DNA from: Nematocida ausubeli
Taxonomy: Eukaryota
NCBI RefSeq assembly: GCF_000738915.1
Contig: NW_026515636.1
Coordinates: 521,175-585,174, forward strand
Direction: 5' to 3'
DNA length: 64,000 nucleotides
The notes under the pieces were generated by a model. The model worked only from the letters and a program-made list of their open reading frames with translations, had not been told where the DNA came from and ran no database searches. The translations under genes were made by a program, and so were the position numbers. The stretch's first letter is position 1, and each line of letters starts with the position of its first letter. Below, in pieces: positions 20,949-32,043 of this stretch.

Positions 20949-21524
20949 TTATTGAAGACCCAGGACTGCTCTGATTCTTCCTTGAGCTCTTTCTGCTTTA
21001 ATCACATCAAGACCACCTGCTAATTCATGGTTTATGTAGACCTGCGGGTATGTGGGCCAGTCTCCATATTCCTTGATACCTTCCCGTACTGCATCCGTCT
21101 CCAAGACATTTACACTTTTGTAGTCTCTCTCTGGGGAAAGACCTTCTTCCTGGAATATCCCAAGAAGTTCTTTTGTGAACCTGCATTGCGGCCGGGTAGG
21201 TGTTCCCTTTATGAATATCACTCTTTTTTGCGTCTTTATCAGATCTATAGCTGCATCTAGTTGTTTTTTGTTGAATTCTCTTTCAATCTCTTGTACTGCA
21301 GCTATTTCCTCCATAGAGAAGACAGATCCATACGCGAGTATGCATGGGAGTGAATCTATTTTATAAAGTTTCCTAAGGGTTCTCTCTAAGTCTGGTTTTC
21401 CCTGCAGATTTAACTCATTAAATGTGAACATTTCATCAGTCACTTCAAATTCACCGTAGTACAAGACGATAATAGACTGTTCCACCAAGGACTTTATTGA
21501 ATTTTCATTTGAGTTTTCTCCCAT
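20949..21524 (-). CDS. Monothiol glutaredoxin (Grx3/4-type with degenerate N-terminal domain)
   Basis: FIKGTPTRPQCRFT, VREGIKEYGDWPTYPQVY and GGLD. Confidence 0.88.
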   Translation of the reverse strand: MGENSNENSIKSLVEQSIIVLYYGEFEVTDEMFTFNELNLQGKPDLERTLRKLYKIDSLPCILAYGSVFSMEEIAAVQEIEREFNKKQLDAAIDLIKTQKRVIFIKGTPTRPQCRFTKELLGIFQEEGLSPERDYKSVNVLETDAVREGIKEYGDWPTYPQVYINHELAGGLDVIKAERAQGRIRAVLGLQ

Positions 21525-21565
21525 GGGATAAAAGAAAATTCTCTTTGAAAAATATTTCAGAGAGA

Positions 21566-22270
21566 ATGGATGAGCACACGACTAGAACAATTCTTATCAC
21601 AGACTTTCCAAAAAATATAGCACATGCGCACTTACTCAGGATCTGTAAAACAGTTGGAGCAGTAAAAGAGCACTTTGTCATGAACAACAAGCACTCAGTC
21701 TTTTTTGTCTCATTCTATGACTTAAGAACAGCAAAGAAGGCAAAGGATGTGCTTTCAGGGGAAAAGAACGGGTTTACAGTGAAATATGCAATATCACAGC
21801 GAGAAATCCCAAAAGGCAGCGACAGCTGCACAGAAGACAAGAACCAAGGCAGTGTGGTCTATATGGCAAACGAAGCAGTAGAGCCAGAAAACCAAGAAGA
21901 AGTCATGGATAGTATTAAGAAAGGAAAAGAACACACAGTCAGGTTCTACAACTCAAAAGAAGCCTTAAAGTTCTTGAACTCCTTAAAGACAGAGCACCCA
22001 AGGAGCCAGCCTAAGATAGTATGGGACAATGACCTAAGGAAGAGAATAACCCTACTTAAGGCAGCAGAGGAAATTGTAAAGACAGCACCAGCCGGGTTCT
22101 TCAAAGGAGTCTCAGCAACAGAACAACCAATGAAGAGGCAAATGGAACAAGAGAATGGACCTGGCACAGAGACAATGAAAAGAACAAAAATGTCAACAAA
22201 TTGGATGCTTGCATTATTTGACAGTTTTATCACAGAGAATGCAGATAGAATCCTAGCAAACCTAGGATAG
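21566..22270 (+). CDS. RRM RNA-binding protein with Mei2-like N-terminal RRMs
   Basis: TRTILI, FFVSFYDLRTA and KNQGSV resemble Mei2-like RRM1/2. Likely start MDEHTT at 21566. Confidence 0.6.
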   Translation: MDEHTTRTILITDFPKNIAHAHLLRICKTVGAVKEHFVMNNKHSVFFVSFYDLRTAKKAKDVLSGEKNGFTVKYAISQREIPKGSDSCTEDKNQGSVVYMANEAVEPENQEEVMDSIKKGKEHTVRFYNSKEALKFLNSLKTEHPRSQPKIVWDNDLRKRITLLKAAEEIVKTAPAGFFKGVSATEQPMKRQMEQENGPGTETMKRTKMSTNWMLALFDSFITENADRILANLG

Positions 22271-22655
22271 ACTATCTCGGTACAATCTAAATTGAATCTT
22301 GCACTGCCACCCTTAAGAATATTTACACTAGAATGAGAGATAGAACAGAAGACTGTAAATAAAGTGAATTTCAATGAATATATAAAGATATTACTGCAAG
22401 AAACCCGTTATTACCAGTGCATAAGCTGCTAATAAATGAAATATTGCCAGTAATAGGCCAGGAATTGCTTCAGTATAGAAATTTAACTGAAAAAATATTT
22501 TGATTTTATCGAAATTTAACTGTAGAAATGTTTTGATTGAAATATACCTATTTACATGGAGATAATAACGTATAAATACAAAGATATACTGAGATATACA
22601 GAGATATGGTTATTTTGTATCCATGTAGAAATGATTTTATTGTAAGATATTTTTA

Positions 22656-25600
22656 TTAAAGAGATGGGAACCCTGCTAGGGTCTTCTTTGATTCATTGTA
22701 TCTTTCAAGTACTTCAGATGTACCTGCCAGACTATCTGATATCTGCACACCTGCCTCTTTAAAGAGAAGCAATAATTCATTCCTCTGGTACTCCTTTAAG
22801 TCAGCGCATATTTTGAAAAACCCGTCTTTCATTGTGCTTAAGTCCCCTAGTCTAGAGCTTATGAAGAGAAGCAAAGAGAGTGTTAATTCATCATATGATA
22901 ATACCCTGGATTTATGTCTTTTTTTAGATGCACCACTTGTCTTTATATAAAGGTACTTTGCTGCATCTATGACCACCTGAGAAGAAGACTCTTTGAGTTC
23001 TTTCTTAGAGAAATCTCTTATTATTTCGATTGTTTTATCTGTAAGGAGTGCCTTATCCATTGCGTATGTCAAGACCCTAATGATAAATACTTTCATTTTA
23101 TCATCAATACTTGCAGCAGATGGAAGTTTTGTCAAGGCAGTTATGAATCTGTCCGTTATTTTCATATCTTTTATTGAGATAATAAAATCAAAAATCATTT
23201 TTCGTCTTTTTTCATCTACATTTTTACCTTCTTTTGATGATTTATGGTACGTTCTTGCATTCTTTAGTTCTTTATGCATGTCAGTCCCAACTCTTTTAAA
23301 GACAATTTCCTCAGAAACCTTATATTCTTCTTGTTTTGTCACAGGATTGTACTCTTTTGTCTCATGCAGTTGTACATCCACCCTATCATACGAGTCAGTC
23401 TTCCTGCTGTCTGCTGTTAGGCTGACACCACTAGTGCATGACAGGTCAATTTCCGTTATAAACAGTGATGCAATCGTATTTCTTACAATACTCTTCACAG
23501 GAGTATAATGATTCGGGTCATTTGGCTTCTTACTGCCTCTCTTTAATTCCTTTTCCGTATATAATCCATCTAGTTCTATAAGTCGTCTTGTAAGCAAGGC
23601 AAGTGCCTCTTTCTCTGCTGTCCCTATGAATGTTCTTACAATTTTCTGAAGGGTTGAGAGAAAGTCCTTATGTCTCACGTACATAGGAAGGGTCTGAAGG
23701 AATATCACATCGTAAAGATGGCCATTCTCTAAGAAGACTGAGACAGGAGGGAATGTAAGTAGATGTGCACTGGCAGATATTTTATCAAAGAGTTGATGTG
23801 GTGATTTATGACGAAGAATATCCTTTGAGAAATTAAGTTCATTTGAGGTAATTAGTCCTTCCTTTAATAAGAATCCAAGTGAATTCCATTTCTCAGAGAA
23901 TATTCTATCAGCCAGGTCTTCAGTGCCATCGTACTTTTTTCCATCAAAAGAAGCAGGAATATTTATATTTGAAAAGAGAGAATAATGGTCATTAATAGGG
24001 ATTTCAACAGAACCAGATACTTTTGACAGATAAAGCAACAGATGAAGTAGTTTTATATGTGCCATTGCATATAGTAATGTATCGTATGTTGGTCTTTTCT
24101 TCCATTTAATTGCTTCTTTTACCTTCTCATATACAGTCTTGTATTCCTTGTTCAACATTGTAGTGAATATTAAGAGTGACTCTTGGGTTATTTTCACATT
24201 ATTAAGTCTTTCATTAGTCTCTGGGTGAGAATCTTCACTTTTTTCTGTTTCATCACTCTCTTGTGCACTTTCATCAGAGTCAGAGTCCTCTGAGTATTCA
24301 ACATCTTCCATCTCTGGGATAATACTTGCCTTAGTTTTCTTCTTAATTACCTTCTTTTCCACATAATTTTTTAATTTTTTTTGGTGATTTTTTTTGCTTT
24401 TTTCACCTGAGTGAATTGTTCTGTTGATAACAGAATTTGCAAGAATTTCAATTGTATCGATAATCTCAAGGACATCATCAGCTGACAAGAATTCACAAGA
24501 AGTATTTGTGAATGCAGTACAGAAATATCTAATGTACTTTATGGTATCATCAAATCTTTCATTAAATCCATCCATATGCATATGCAGGAATGCCCAGATA
24601 CCACGTGAAAATATAACTGTATTTTTTTCAACTGTATTTTCAGTTATATTTTTATCTAGTCGTTTAAATACAGGTGATAAACTAGTTTCCACCAGGGTTT
24701 TATCATTGATTGTGTGCATTATAGTGTAAAGAACACTTCTCTGTATATTTCTAGTGAATAATCCAGCAGTAACCTCCTTGTAGTAGTTCACAATATGGAC
24801 TCTTCCAAATAATTCAATCAAAAGATCACGTGTACCTTCTGTTTGTTCTATCTGAGAGAGTAAATCATAAGAGTGTTCTACAGTTACATCAGGTAAAATG
24901 CACTTTTCAAACAGATTTTTGATAATTTCAGTATAAGGGATTGTCTCCAAGTAGATCGATCTACAAGACCTGACAAAAAGTGATAATTCCACAATGCACT
25001 CATCTGATAGAAAGACAGGACCATCCTTTAACCTAGATAGAACATACAGTACAACATAAGGACTATCTGATTTATGAAGAATATTCAAGAATATTTTCTG
25101 AATAGTTTCAGTACTAAGTTTCCTAACAGTCTTAACCAAAGTATCTACCTTTGTAGTAAAGTCTTTGTTCCTGCTGTAATATAAAGATATTCTTTCTACA
25201 ATTTGTTCTGCCCTAGATACTCTCTTAAGACTCTCACTCTTACTACTTTCTTTTTTCTCTTTTTCAAGTTTCTTAAAGTCCACTTGAAATTTACTCTTAG
25301 ACTTCTCCAAGAGAGATGTTCCAAATTCTTTATCCTTATGCCTCAGAAGATCCTCTGAGATTGACTTAACTGTCCCAGATTCTACATTATTTCTTATAGA
25401 TATATATACGGATTTCTTATTATTTTCCATACTCTCCTTTCCCTTTAAGATATTCGCATTATCTTGCAGGATCTTCTCACTAATTAAATGTGATCCATCA
25501 ACCTTTTCCAACTGAATTTCTTTTTCACTGATTATCTTTCTTTCTTCCGGAATATTTTTTGTCTTATCATTTTTTCCGTTTGATTTTGTTTTTTCACTTG

Positions 25601-26225
25601 ATTTTGTTTTTTCACCTTCATCTTCACCTTTATCTTTATCTTTATCTTTATCTTTGTCTTCACCTTCACCTTCACCTTCTGGCTCTGTATTATTGCTTTG
25701 ATCATCACTGGCTGTGTCATCATCACTAGATACGTCTTCCTTACTACTCTTTTTCACATTCTCATCATCTTTACTACTTTTACTGTCCTTCTTATCCTTA
25801 CTGTCTTTACTACTCTTATCCTTTGTGTCTTTGTCTTTGTCTTTGTCATCTTTACTACTCTTACTATTCTTGTCATCTTTACTTTTTTTCACACTTTCAT
25901 CTTTCTTGTCTTTCTTACTGTCCTTGTCTTCTTTACTACTCTTACTACTCTTGTCTTCTTTACTACTCTTGTTCTTACCATCTTTACTCTTCTTCTTATC
26001 CATTGAATTCTTGTCTTCTTTACTACCCATTGAATCCTTTGAACCCTTACTACTCCTAACATCTTTACTCTTCTTATCCATTGAACCTTTACTATTCTTA
26101 TGAGTTTCATACTCACCTTCACTACTACTATACTCCTTCGTATTCCTACTGTCTCTTTCTTTCTTTTCTTCTTTCTTTTCTTTCTGTACTACCTTCTCTC
26201 TCTTTTTATCTTTTCCTTTGTCCAT
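22656..26225 (-). CDS. Large hypothetical protein with K/D/S low-complexity N-terminus and helical body
   Basis: 1189-aa ORF. The first ~230 aa are SSKEDK/KDKK repeats; no domain recognised. Confidence 0.8.
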   Translation of the reverse strand: MDKGKDKKREKVVQKEKKEEKKERDSRNTKEYSSSEGEYETHKNSKGSMDKKSKDVRSSKGSKDSMGSKEDKNSMDKKKSKDGKNKSSKEDKSSKSSKEDKDSKKDKKDESVKKSKDDKNSKSSKDDKDKDKDTKDKSSKDSKDKKDSKSSKDDENVKKSSKEDVSSDDDTASDDQSNNTEPEGEGEGEDKDKDKDKDKGEDEGEKTKSSEKTKSNGKNDKTKNIPEERKIISEKEIQLEKVDGSHLISEKILQDNANILKGKESMENNKKSVYISIRNNVESGTVKSISEDLLRHKDKEFGTSLLEKSKSKFQVDFKKLEKEKKESSKSESLKRVSRAEQIVERISLYYSRNKDFTTKVDTLVKTVRKLSTETIQKIFLNILHKSDSPYVVLYVLSRLKDGPVFLSDECIVELSLFVRSCRSIYLETIPYTEIIKNLFEKCILPDVTVEHSYDLLSQIEQTEGTRDLLIELFGRVHIVNYYKEVTAGLFTRNIQRSVLYTIMHTINDKTLVETSLSPVFKRLDKNITENTVEKNTVIFSRGIWAFLHMHMDGFNERFDDTIKYIRYFCTAFTNTSCEFLSADDVLEIIDTIEILANSVINRTIHSGEKSKKNHQKKLKNYVEKKVIKKKTKASIIPEMEDVEYSEDSDSDESAQESDETEKSEDSHPETNERLNNVKITQESLLIFTTMLNKEYKTVYEKVKEAIKWKKRPTYDTLLYAMAHIKLLHLLLYLSKVSGSVEIPINDHYSLFSNINIPASFDGKKYDGTEDLADRIFSEKWNSLGFLLKEGLITSNELNFSKDILRHKSPHQLFDKISASAHLLTFPPVSVFLENGHLYDVIFLQTLPMYVRHKDFLSTLQKIVRTFIGTAEKEALALLTRRLIELDGLYTEKELKRGSKKPNDPNHYTPVKSIVRNTIASLFITEIDLSCTSGVSLTADSRKTDSYDRVDVQLHETKEYNPVTKQEEYKVSEEIVFKRVGTDMHKELKNARTYHKSSKEGKNVDEKRRKMIFDFIISIKDMKITDRFITALTKLPSAASIDDKMKVFIIRVLTYAMDKALLTDKTIEIIRDFSKKELKESSSQVVIDAAKYLYIKTSGASKKRHKSRVLSYDELTLSLLLFISSRLGDLSTMKDGFFKICADLKEYQRNELLLLFKEAGVQISDSLAGTSEVLERYNESKKTLAGFPSL

Positions 26226-26328
26226 TCTGTTTTCTTCTCATTACACTGTCTATATCCCTATAATTCCCACATTGCTTCATATCCAGCCAATTATAAATAA
26301 TTATAAACTTGTACTTTTTTTTTCTCAT

Positions 26329-28830
26329 ATGAAAGTGAGAGTTAAATTATCTCCGAAAAGAGAGAGTTTAAATGTCCGTATATCCACTATCATATTAAAC
26401 CAAATAGAACCTAAAACAACAAGCATCAATGAGATAATATTAAATAAAATGAAGTATTTATTAAATCACATATATTTAATAAATATTGAAGATGTAAAGG
26501 AACAAGAGAAAAGACGACAGCTAATTAGGCTATATATAAAAGAGACAAATGAGATAATTAAAATAGTAACAATGGTACTAGCCATAAAACATAGTCATAA
26601 GATAAATAGTCTAGAGAGAAAGATACTTAGACTACAGAAGTATAATATGGAACAGGAAGAATTAGCAGATAAATTAGTCTATTTATGTAATGATTTGAAG
26701 ATGGGAGTATCTTCATCCTTTGATGTAAGCAAGGCATTTAGTGTTCTTTTAACTGGAAAAAGTGATTTTTCAACGGAAATTATCAGGATGGCAGAGACAC
26801 TCAGTAAAGAGAATGAAGTGAACCCTGGTGAGAATGCACTTGGGACTGTAAAGGATGAAGATATTGAGAATTATAGGAGATTAGACCAGATACTTATTCT
26901 AAATGTTAAAAGGTCTGGTATATGGAACAATGAGAATGTCTCATATACGGTTAAGAATGGTGTACTAGAACTATTTTCATACGGATTCAAAAGTAAACTT
27001 ATTCTGATGATGGTAAATAACCTGTATACTTGGCAAGTACTAAGCATAAAGCACTTGGATGATACAAAAAATATTCCTATAAAAGGTATAGTATTCAATA
27101 ATACGATTAAAGAGATAGTGCATATGACAAAATACACTGATTCCGTTATAAAAATAGAAGAAATATTCAAGATATTAAGGAATAGGGCAGATAGTAAAAT
27201 ATTTGACATGGAAATAACCGGAACCACAAAGAGTTTTACTGCCACAATCCTAGGGATCTTCAAAATATCCTTTACTGTGGGGAGTAGTTGGGATGGACCT
27301 GGGATTATTTGCCATGCTATATACAAAGGTACAAGAAAACTCGTTAGAGATGATTTCATAGAAAGAAGCTTTTCCGTTTTAAATGAAAACCTGAAAAGTA
27401 CAATCTCAGAACATGCTAGGATTAGCTTTGAAAAAGGCCTTTTCTACAAAGATAAGCCTATATTCACACTAAGAGATCTTCAGAAGGAAGCCCAACAGGA
27501 GACAGGAATATACAGAATTAACATCCCAGGTGTCATCATAAAAGAAAAGACTAATATTATATACGCAGGAAGGGCACTCCAACTGAATATATACATGAGA
27601 ATGAATGGGAATGTATTTGTTGGTCTGCATTGGTCAGCTGACAAGAAGATGGCCAGAATATTCTATGGTTTGCACCAGTCAGGTACCCTGCAGACAGGAA
27701 TAGAATTACCCATACGGTACATAAATCCAGTAGGCAGCAATATACAAATAGAGAAAACAGCAGAAAAAAATCAAAATGAACAAAAAAATAATAACCTGAA
27801 AAATAACGGAAATTACCATATAGAGAGCATACCTGAAGATATCCCAGGTTCATTTATTTTGGAGACACCCAGTAGTTCAAGTAACCTTATTAATAGAATC
27901 CTACAGACCCCACAGCACATTCTTCTTGCTGTCTCTGCCTTCTACACAGCACAGAAGAATAAATTCACAGCACCATTCCGTCTGGTAATTAAAGAGACAG
28001 GAATATTTTTGATTTTTGCAGAAATAACTGTATATTTAGGGGCAGTAGAAGGGAACAATATTAATATGAAGATTATCTCACCAAGGGTAAATATCCAAGA
28101 CCCTTTATCTTTAGATATTTTCCTGCAGATTATTTGGCTGGCTATTGTAGCACAGGTGCCAGGTAGAATATCTGTACATGGGAAACTACATGAAGATGGT
28201 AGTCTTACACTGCATGATAATATATCCCTTACAGTGACATATTCAAATAGAAGTTTAGTCGCATCATCAAGTAATTCTATTGCATGTACATGGGCAGATT
28301 CAGTCCTTAGAGAGCACAGTAGGGCAGCCTGCATCTCCTTCTTTGCAAATCACAAGATCCTTCTATTCCCAGGCCTAATTACCACACTACCACTCCATGG
28401 TACCCTAGGGGGTTCTCTTCAAAAAACCTGTAAGACATCAATCTTGTACAAAGTAGGTCAGAAGATAGAAGTATTCTGGGAAGAAAGATCATCAGAGATT
28501 GAAGAGTCAATGAAAGATATCCCAAAGATATCACAGTCAGAAAAAACTGCAGTATTTCAGTTAGAGTACCTGGATAAAGTATTAACTGCAATTTCAAAAT
28601 TACTGTCAATTGAAAGACTTCAGGTACTAGGTTCATCTGTACGTATACAGACAGAATCACAGGAATATGCAGTATATAAGATGGAATTAGTAGGACATAA
28701 ATTGAAAGCACAAAGGATAGAAGGAAATATATTTGTATCAGAAGCAATTATCACAGACATATTAGAGAATAGTCCATGCCCTGATAGAACCCTTCTAGAA
28801 CATAATTTATACCTTACACCACAGAAATAA
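26329..28830 (+). CDS. MED14: Mediator subunit Med14/Rgr1-like
   Basis: N-terminal KRRQLI...IIKIVTMV...LADKL...SFDVSKAFSVLLTG fits the Med14 domain. Likely start at 26329. Confidence 0.6.
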   Translation: MKVRVKLSPKRESLNVRISTIILNQIEPKTTSINEIILNKMKYLLNHIYLINIEDVKEQEKRRQLIRLYIKETNEIIKIVTMVLAIKHSHKINSLERKILRLQKYNMEQEELADKLVYLCNDLKMGVSSSFDVSKAFSVLLTGKSDFSTEIIRMAETLSKENEVNPGENALGTVKDEDIENYRRLDQILILNVKRSGIWNNENVSYTVKNGVLELFSYGFKSKLILMMVNNLYTWQVLSIKHLDDTKNIPIKGIVFNNTIKEIVHMTKYTDSVIKIEEIFKILRNRADSKIFDMEITGTTKSFTATILGIFKISFTVGSSWDGPGIICHAIYKGTRKLVRDDFIERSFSVLNENLKSTISEHARISFEKGLFYKDKPIFTLRDLQKEAQQETGIYRINIPGVIIKEKTNIIYAGRALQLNIYMRMNGNVFVGLHWSADKKMARIFYGLHQSGTLQTGIELPIRYINPVGSNIQIEKTAEKNQNEQKNNNLKNNGNYHIESIPEDIPGSFILETPSSSSNLINRILQTPQHILLAVSAFYTAQKNKFTAPFRLVIKETGIFLIFAEITVYLGAVEGNNINMKIISPRVNIQDPLSLDIFLQIIWLAIVAQVPGRISVHGKLHEDGSLTLHDNISLTVTYSNRSLVASSSNSIACTWADSVLREHSRAACISFFANHKILLFPGLITTLPLHGTLGGSLQKTCKTSILYKVGQKIEVFWEERSSEIEESMKDIPKISQSEKTAVFQLEYLDKVLTAISKLLSIERLQVLGSSVRIQTESQEYAVYKMELVGHKLKAQRIEGNIFVSEAIITDILENSPCPDRTLLEHNLYLTPQK

Positions 28831-28869
28831 TTAAAATTAATTATAAATAATTATTAAAATTGTTTTTTT

Positions 28870-29427
28870 ATGATGAAGCTAGGGCTAGTGATCTTATGTA
28901 TTGGAATATTCTTAGGGAATGTATTTGCACTGGGTGAAGGTGAAACTGAAATAAACAAAGAATCAGGACAAAGTGACCAGGGAATTAGTGAAGTAGGGTC
29001 TGATATAAATATTACTTTTGATGAATTATCCATAAGTGAAGTAGAAACACCTATTCTGACTGAAGAGAGCAGTGAAGACAAGAAGATCAAGCATGCTGAG
29101 AGTCTAGCAAGAATGAAGGCAATTGCAAAACTAACAAACATGGACCTGGATGTAGATGGAATCTTTGAAAAGATTGGTAAACACACTCTAACAGAGGAAG
29201 AATCCAAGTTAATCTACAAGGTTGATGAAGATATTGAAAGAATGGGTATTCCTGAGGATTCTGTTGTCTTAAAGACTATTTACACTGTACTCTTACAGGA
29301 AGAGAAATCATCTGGAAAGAAAGTAGCAACAAAACTTGTACTAGGAATGTACATCTATGAGAAGAAACAAGAGAATCCATTACTAAGGAAGACACCACAG
29401 ATTCGTGTCTTTAACATTAATGAATAA
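28870..29427 (+). CDS. Hypothetical acidic protein with signal peptide
   Basis: MMKLGLVILCIGIFLGNVFA signal-peptide-like N-terminus; 185 aa. Confidence 0.75.
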   Translation: MMKLGLVILCIGIFLGNVFALGEGETEINKESGQSDQGISEVGSDINITFDELSISEVETPILTEESSEDKKIKHAESLARMKAIAKLTNMDLDVDGIFEKIGKHTLTEEESKLIYKVDEDIERMGIPEDSVVLKTIYTVLLQEEKSSGKKVATKLVLGMYIYEKKQENPLLRKTPQIRVFNINE

Positions 29428-29519
29428 ATGATAAGTCTCATTGGAATGTAAGTCCTCTTTAGCAGGCACGAATTGTTTTTATACAAACTTTCATGCAGTT
29501 TATTGGTTTATAGTCAAAC

Positions 29520-29860
29520 AAGGGGTAGATAGATAGTACTGGAGAGATAGGTAGATAGGAGATATATAGTAGATAAGGTAGTTATCAGAAAATAGTAGAT
29601 AAGATAATAGTCAAAAATAATAGATAAGGTAGTTATCAGAAAATAATAGATAAGATAGTTGTCAAAAAATACTAGATAATAGATAAGAAATAGATAGATA
29701 GGATAGTTAAGAGAATAGATAGATAGTAGATAATACTGAAGAGATATTAGATAAGGTAGTTATAAGAAAATAATAGATAAGATAGTTGTTTGAAAATAAT
29801 AGATAATAGATAAGAAATAGATAGATAGGATAGTTAAGAGATAGAATAGATAGATAAGGT
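29520..29860. repeat. GATA-rich simple repeat with internal duplication
   Basis: TAGATAAGGTAGTTATCAGAAAATA and TAGATAATAGATAAGAAATAGATAGATAGGATAGTTAAGAGA each occur twice. Confidence 0.8.
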
Positions 29861-30020
29861 ATTTATCAAAGGGGTTTTATCTCATATACTCGAATATCTT
29901 TGTTCACTGTGATTTTTTATCTTTTTGTTGATTTTTTATCTTGTTGTTAAAATACAGTTATTTTTCGAATCTCACACTATAGTACTGATATACGAAGAAT
30001 TCTTCTGAAAGGTTGAAAGG
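29860..30020 (+). repeat. Dispersed intergenic repeat family A copy
   Basis: CAAAGGGGTTTTAT...CATATACTCGAATATCTTTG...CACACTA...TACGAAGAATTCTTCTGAA. Confidence 0.75.
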
Positions 30021-30457
30021 TGAAAGGTGAAAATATCTTAATGAGTACATTTGAGTCTAAAATTAATTATGAGATATTCTACTACATTTATTATTCTGTA
30101 TGCCTTGATACTAGTGGGTATGTCAGTAGTATATTTCTTAGTATTAAGGAATATTTAATTAAGTATTTCTGCAGAAATATCAGTCTATTCTAGTATGCAG
30201 GTATTTGGTCTCCACTAAAAACTCAAATAATTATCATATACGTTGTATCTGTGACTAATATAATCTACTCTACTTATACACATACACTGCATATATAAAC
30301 CATATTATTAGTACAGAAAAAGGCATAGAAATAATGAAGATACAAAGTGAAGTGAGTTAATAAGTAGATATAAATATAGTATAACTGTCAATCTATAGAT
30401 GGCCTAAATTAAGAAGATAAGTTTAAATATAAATACAGTGTAATTTTAGTCTCTAGT

Positions 30458-30541
30458 TTGTTGTCAACTAGAAATTTAAAGACAAAAATTTATTTAAATA
30501 GAGTACTAGTACTACTAGTACTACTAGTAGAGAGACAACAA
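30458..30541 (+). repeat. Inverted-repeat-bounded element B, copy 1
   Basis: TTGTTGTC (30458-30465) to GACAACAA (30534-30541), with a TAC/TAG-rich core. Confidence 0.75.
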
Positions 30542-30838
30542 TTACTAATAGACAAAATATAAACTAAAATAGAGATAAGATAATTAACAAACAAAACAAA
30601 AACAAACAGGAATAGAGATAAGATAATTAACAAATAAACATAGTAGTATTTAGTATATTACTGATAGACAGTAATATATGTGCTGTACGACACCAAATTT
30701 AATTAAATATTCGCATGAATACAAACAAAACAACAGTAATATGCTTGGGAAAACAACAATTCCATTGTTTAAAACAATATACATGTGATAATAGTGATAT
30801 ATTTAGTCTATAAATACAGAAGTAACATAGAAGACATA

Positions 30839-31135
30839 ATGCCCAGATATATAACTGGTAGTTATATTAGTACATTTAGTGCTAATGAGCCACAGGGAAG
30901 TAGATTATTTGGTGAAGGAGGATATTATAATGAAGATGAAACTTCATCAAGGATGTATAAAATGAAAAGATGTTTATGGAAGGTATGTTCTAGTAATATA
31001 ATGTGTGTTCTAGGTTATATAGCAGGGATTATTCTTATGATAGTACTGATTGGAGTATTTTTCTACCTAAATAGAATCAAAACCCCAAATACCGTTATAA
31101 ATGGACTTAGTGAGAAATTAGACTTCTTGGGTTAA
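30839..31135 (+). CDS. Small single-pass membrane protein, paralog 1
   Basis: ATG at 30839, 30 nt after TATAAATA. TM segment IMCVLGYIAGIILMIVLIGVFFYL; ends LSEKLDFLG. Confidence 0.8.
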   Translation: MPRYITGSYISTFSANEPQGSRLFGEGGYYNEDETSSRMYKMKRCLWKVCSSNIMCVLGYIAGIILMIVLIGVFFYLNRIKTPNTVINGLSEKLDFLG

Positions 31136-31355
31136 TGGAAAATTCAAATAGTTCTACGAAGGAGTAGTTATAAAGGCAACAAAATTACTACTTTCTGTCC
31201 CTAAGATACAGTCTTTATACCATAAGATGCTCTATTTGTATTATAAGACAGGAAATGATTGAATTTATGCTACATATTCACATAAATATCAATAATATTT
31301 CATTCCTGCAGGATATTTCCAGCTAGACACAATAGACAGCAGAAGTAAATTATTT

Positions 31356-31440
31356 TTGTTGTCGTCTTCTCTTCTACTACTACTACTACTAGTAGTAATT
31401 TTAAATAAATTTTCATTTTTAAATTTCCAGTCGACAACAA
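31356..31440 (-). repeat. Inverted-repeat-bounded element B, copy 2 (interior inverted)
   Basis: TTGTTGTCG to CGACAACAA. The interior is the reverse complement of copies 1 and 3. Confidence 0.75.
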
Positions 31441-31749
31441 TTACTAATAGACAAAATATAAACTAGAATGAAAATATGAATTAATTAACAAACAAAACAT
31501 AAACAAAGAAGCATAAATAGATTAATAATTAATATATCACAAACAAACATAGTAGTATTTAGTATATTTCTATCTTAAAGTGACTAATTAGTGCTCTTAA
31601 AACAATAAATTTAATTAAATATTCACATAAAAACAAACAAAACAACAGTTAATATACTCTAAAGAAGAATAATTATGCCATTCTAAACAATATACACATA
31701 ATAATAGTGATATTTAGTCTATAAATAAAGAAGTAACATAGAAGACATA

Positions 31750-32043
31750 ATGGTCAGAGAAGAAAAAAAGAGAGAAAGTGCCATATTTAATGAAGATGAG
31801 AATATTATATTATTCCCTATGGCTGGTGCACATTATGATGATGATGAAACTCCATCAAGAATATATAAAGTGAAAAGTTCTTTATCAAAGTTCTGCTCTA
31901 GTAATATAATGTGTGCTGTTGGTTGTATATTAGTAATTATTTTTGTAATAGTAATACTTGGGATAATTCTATATCTAAATAGAACCAGATATGAAATTAC
32001 TTTTATAAATAGACTCAGTGAGAAATTAGACTTCTTTGGTTAA
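31750..32043 (+). CDS. Small single-pass membrane protein, paralog 2
   Basis: Shares DETxSRxYKxK, CSSNIMC, the TM segment, YLNR and LSEKLDFxG with paralog 1; flanks are also duplicated. Confidence 0.8.
   Translation: MVREEKKRESAIFNEDENIILFPMAGAHYDDDETPSRIYKVKSSLSKFCSSNIMCAVGCILVIIFVIVILGIILYLNRTRYEITFINRLSEKLDFFG

Noticed and set aside
29448..29466. GTAAGT...TAG/CAG mini-intron-like string
   Set aside because: It lies downstream of a stop codon, is only 15-18 nt long and has no branch point.
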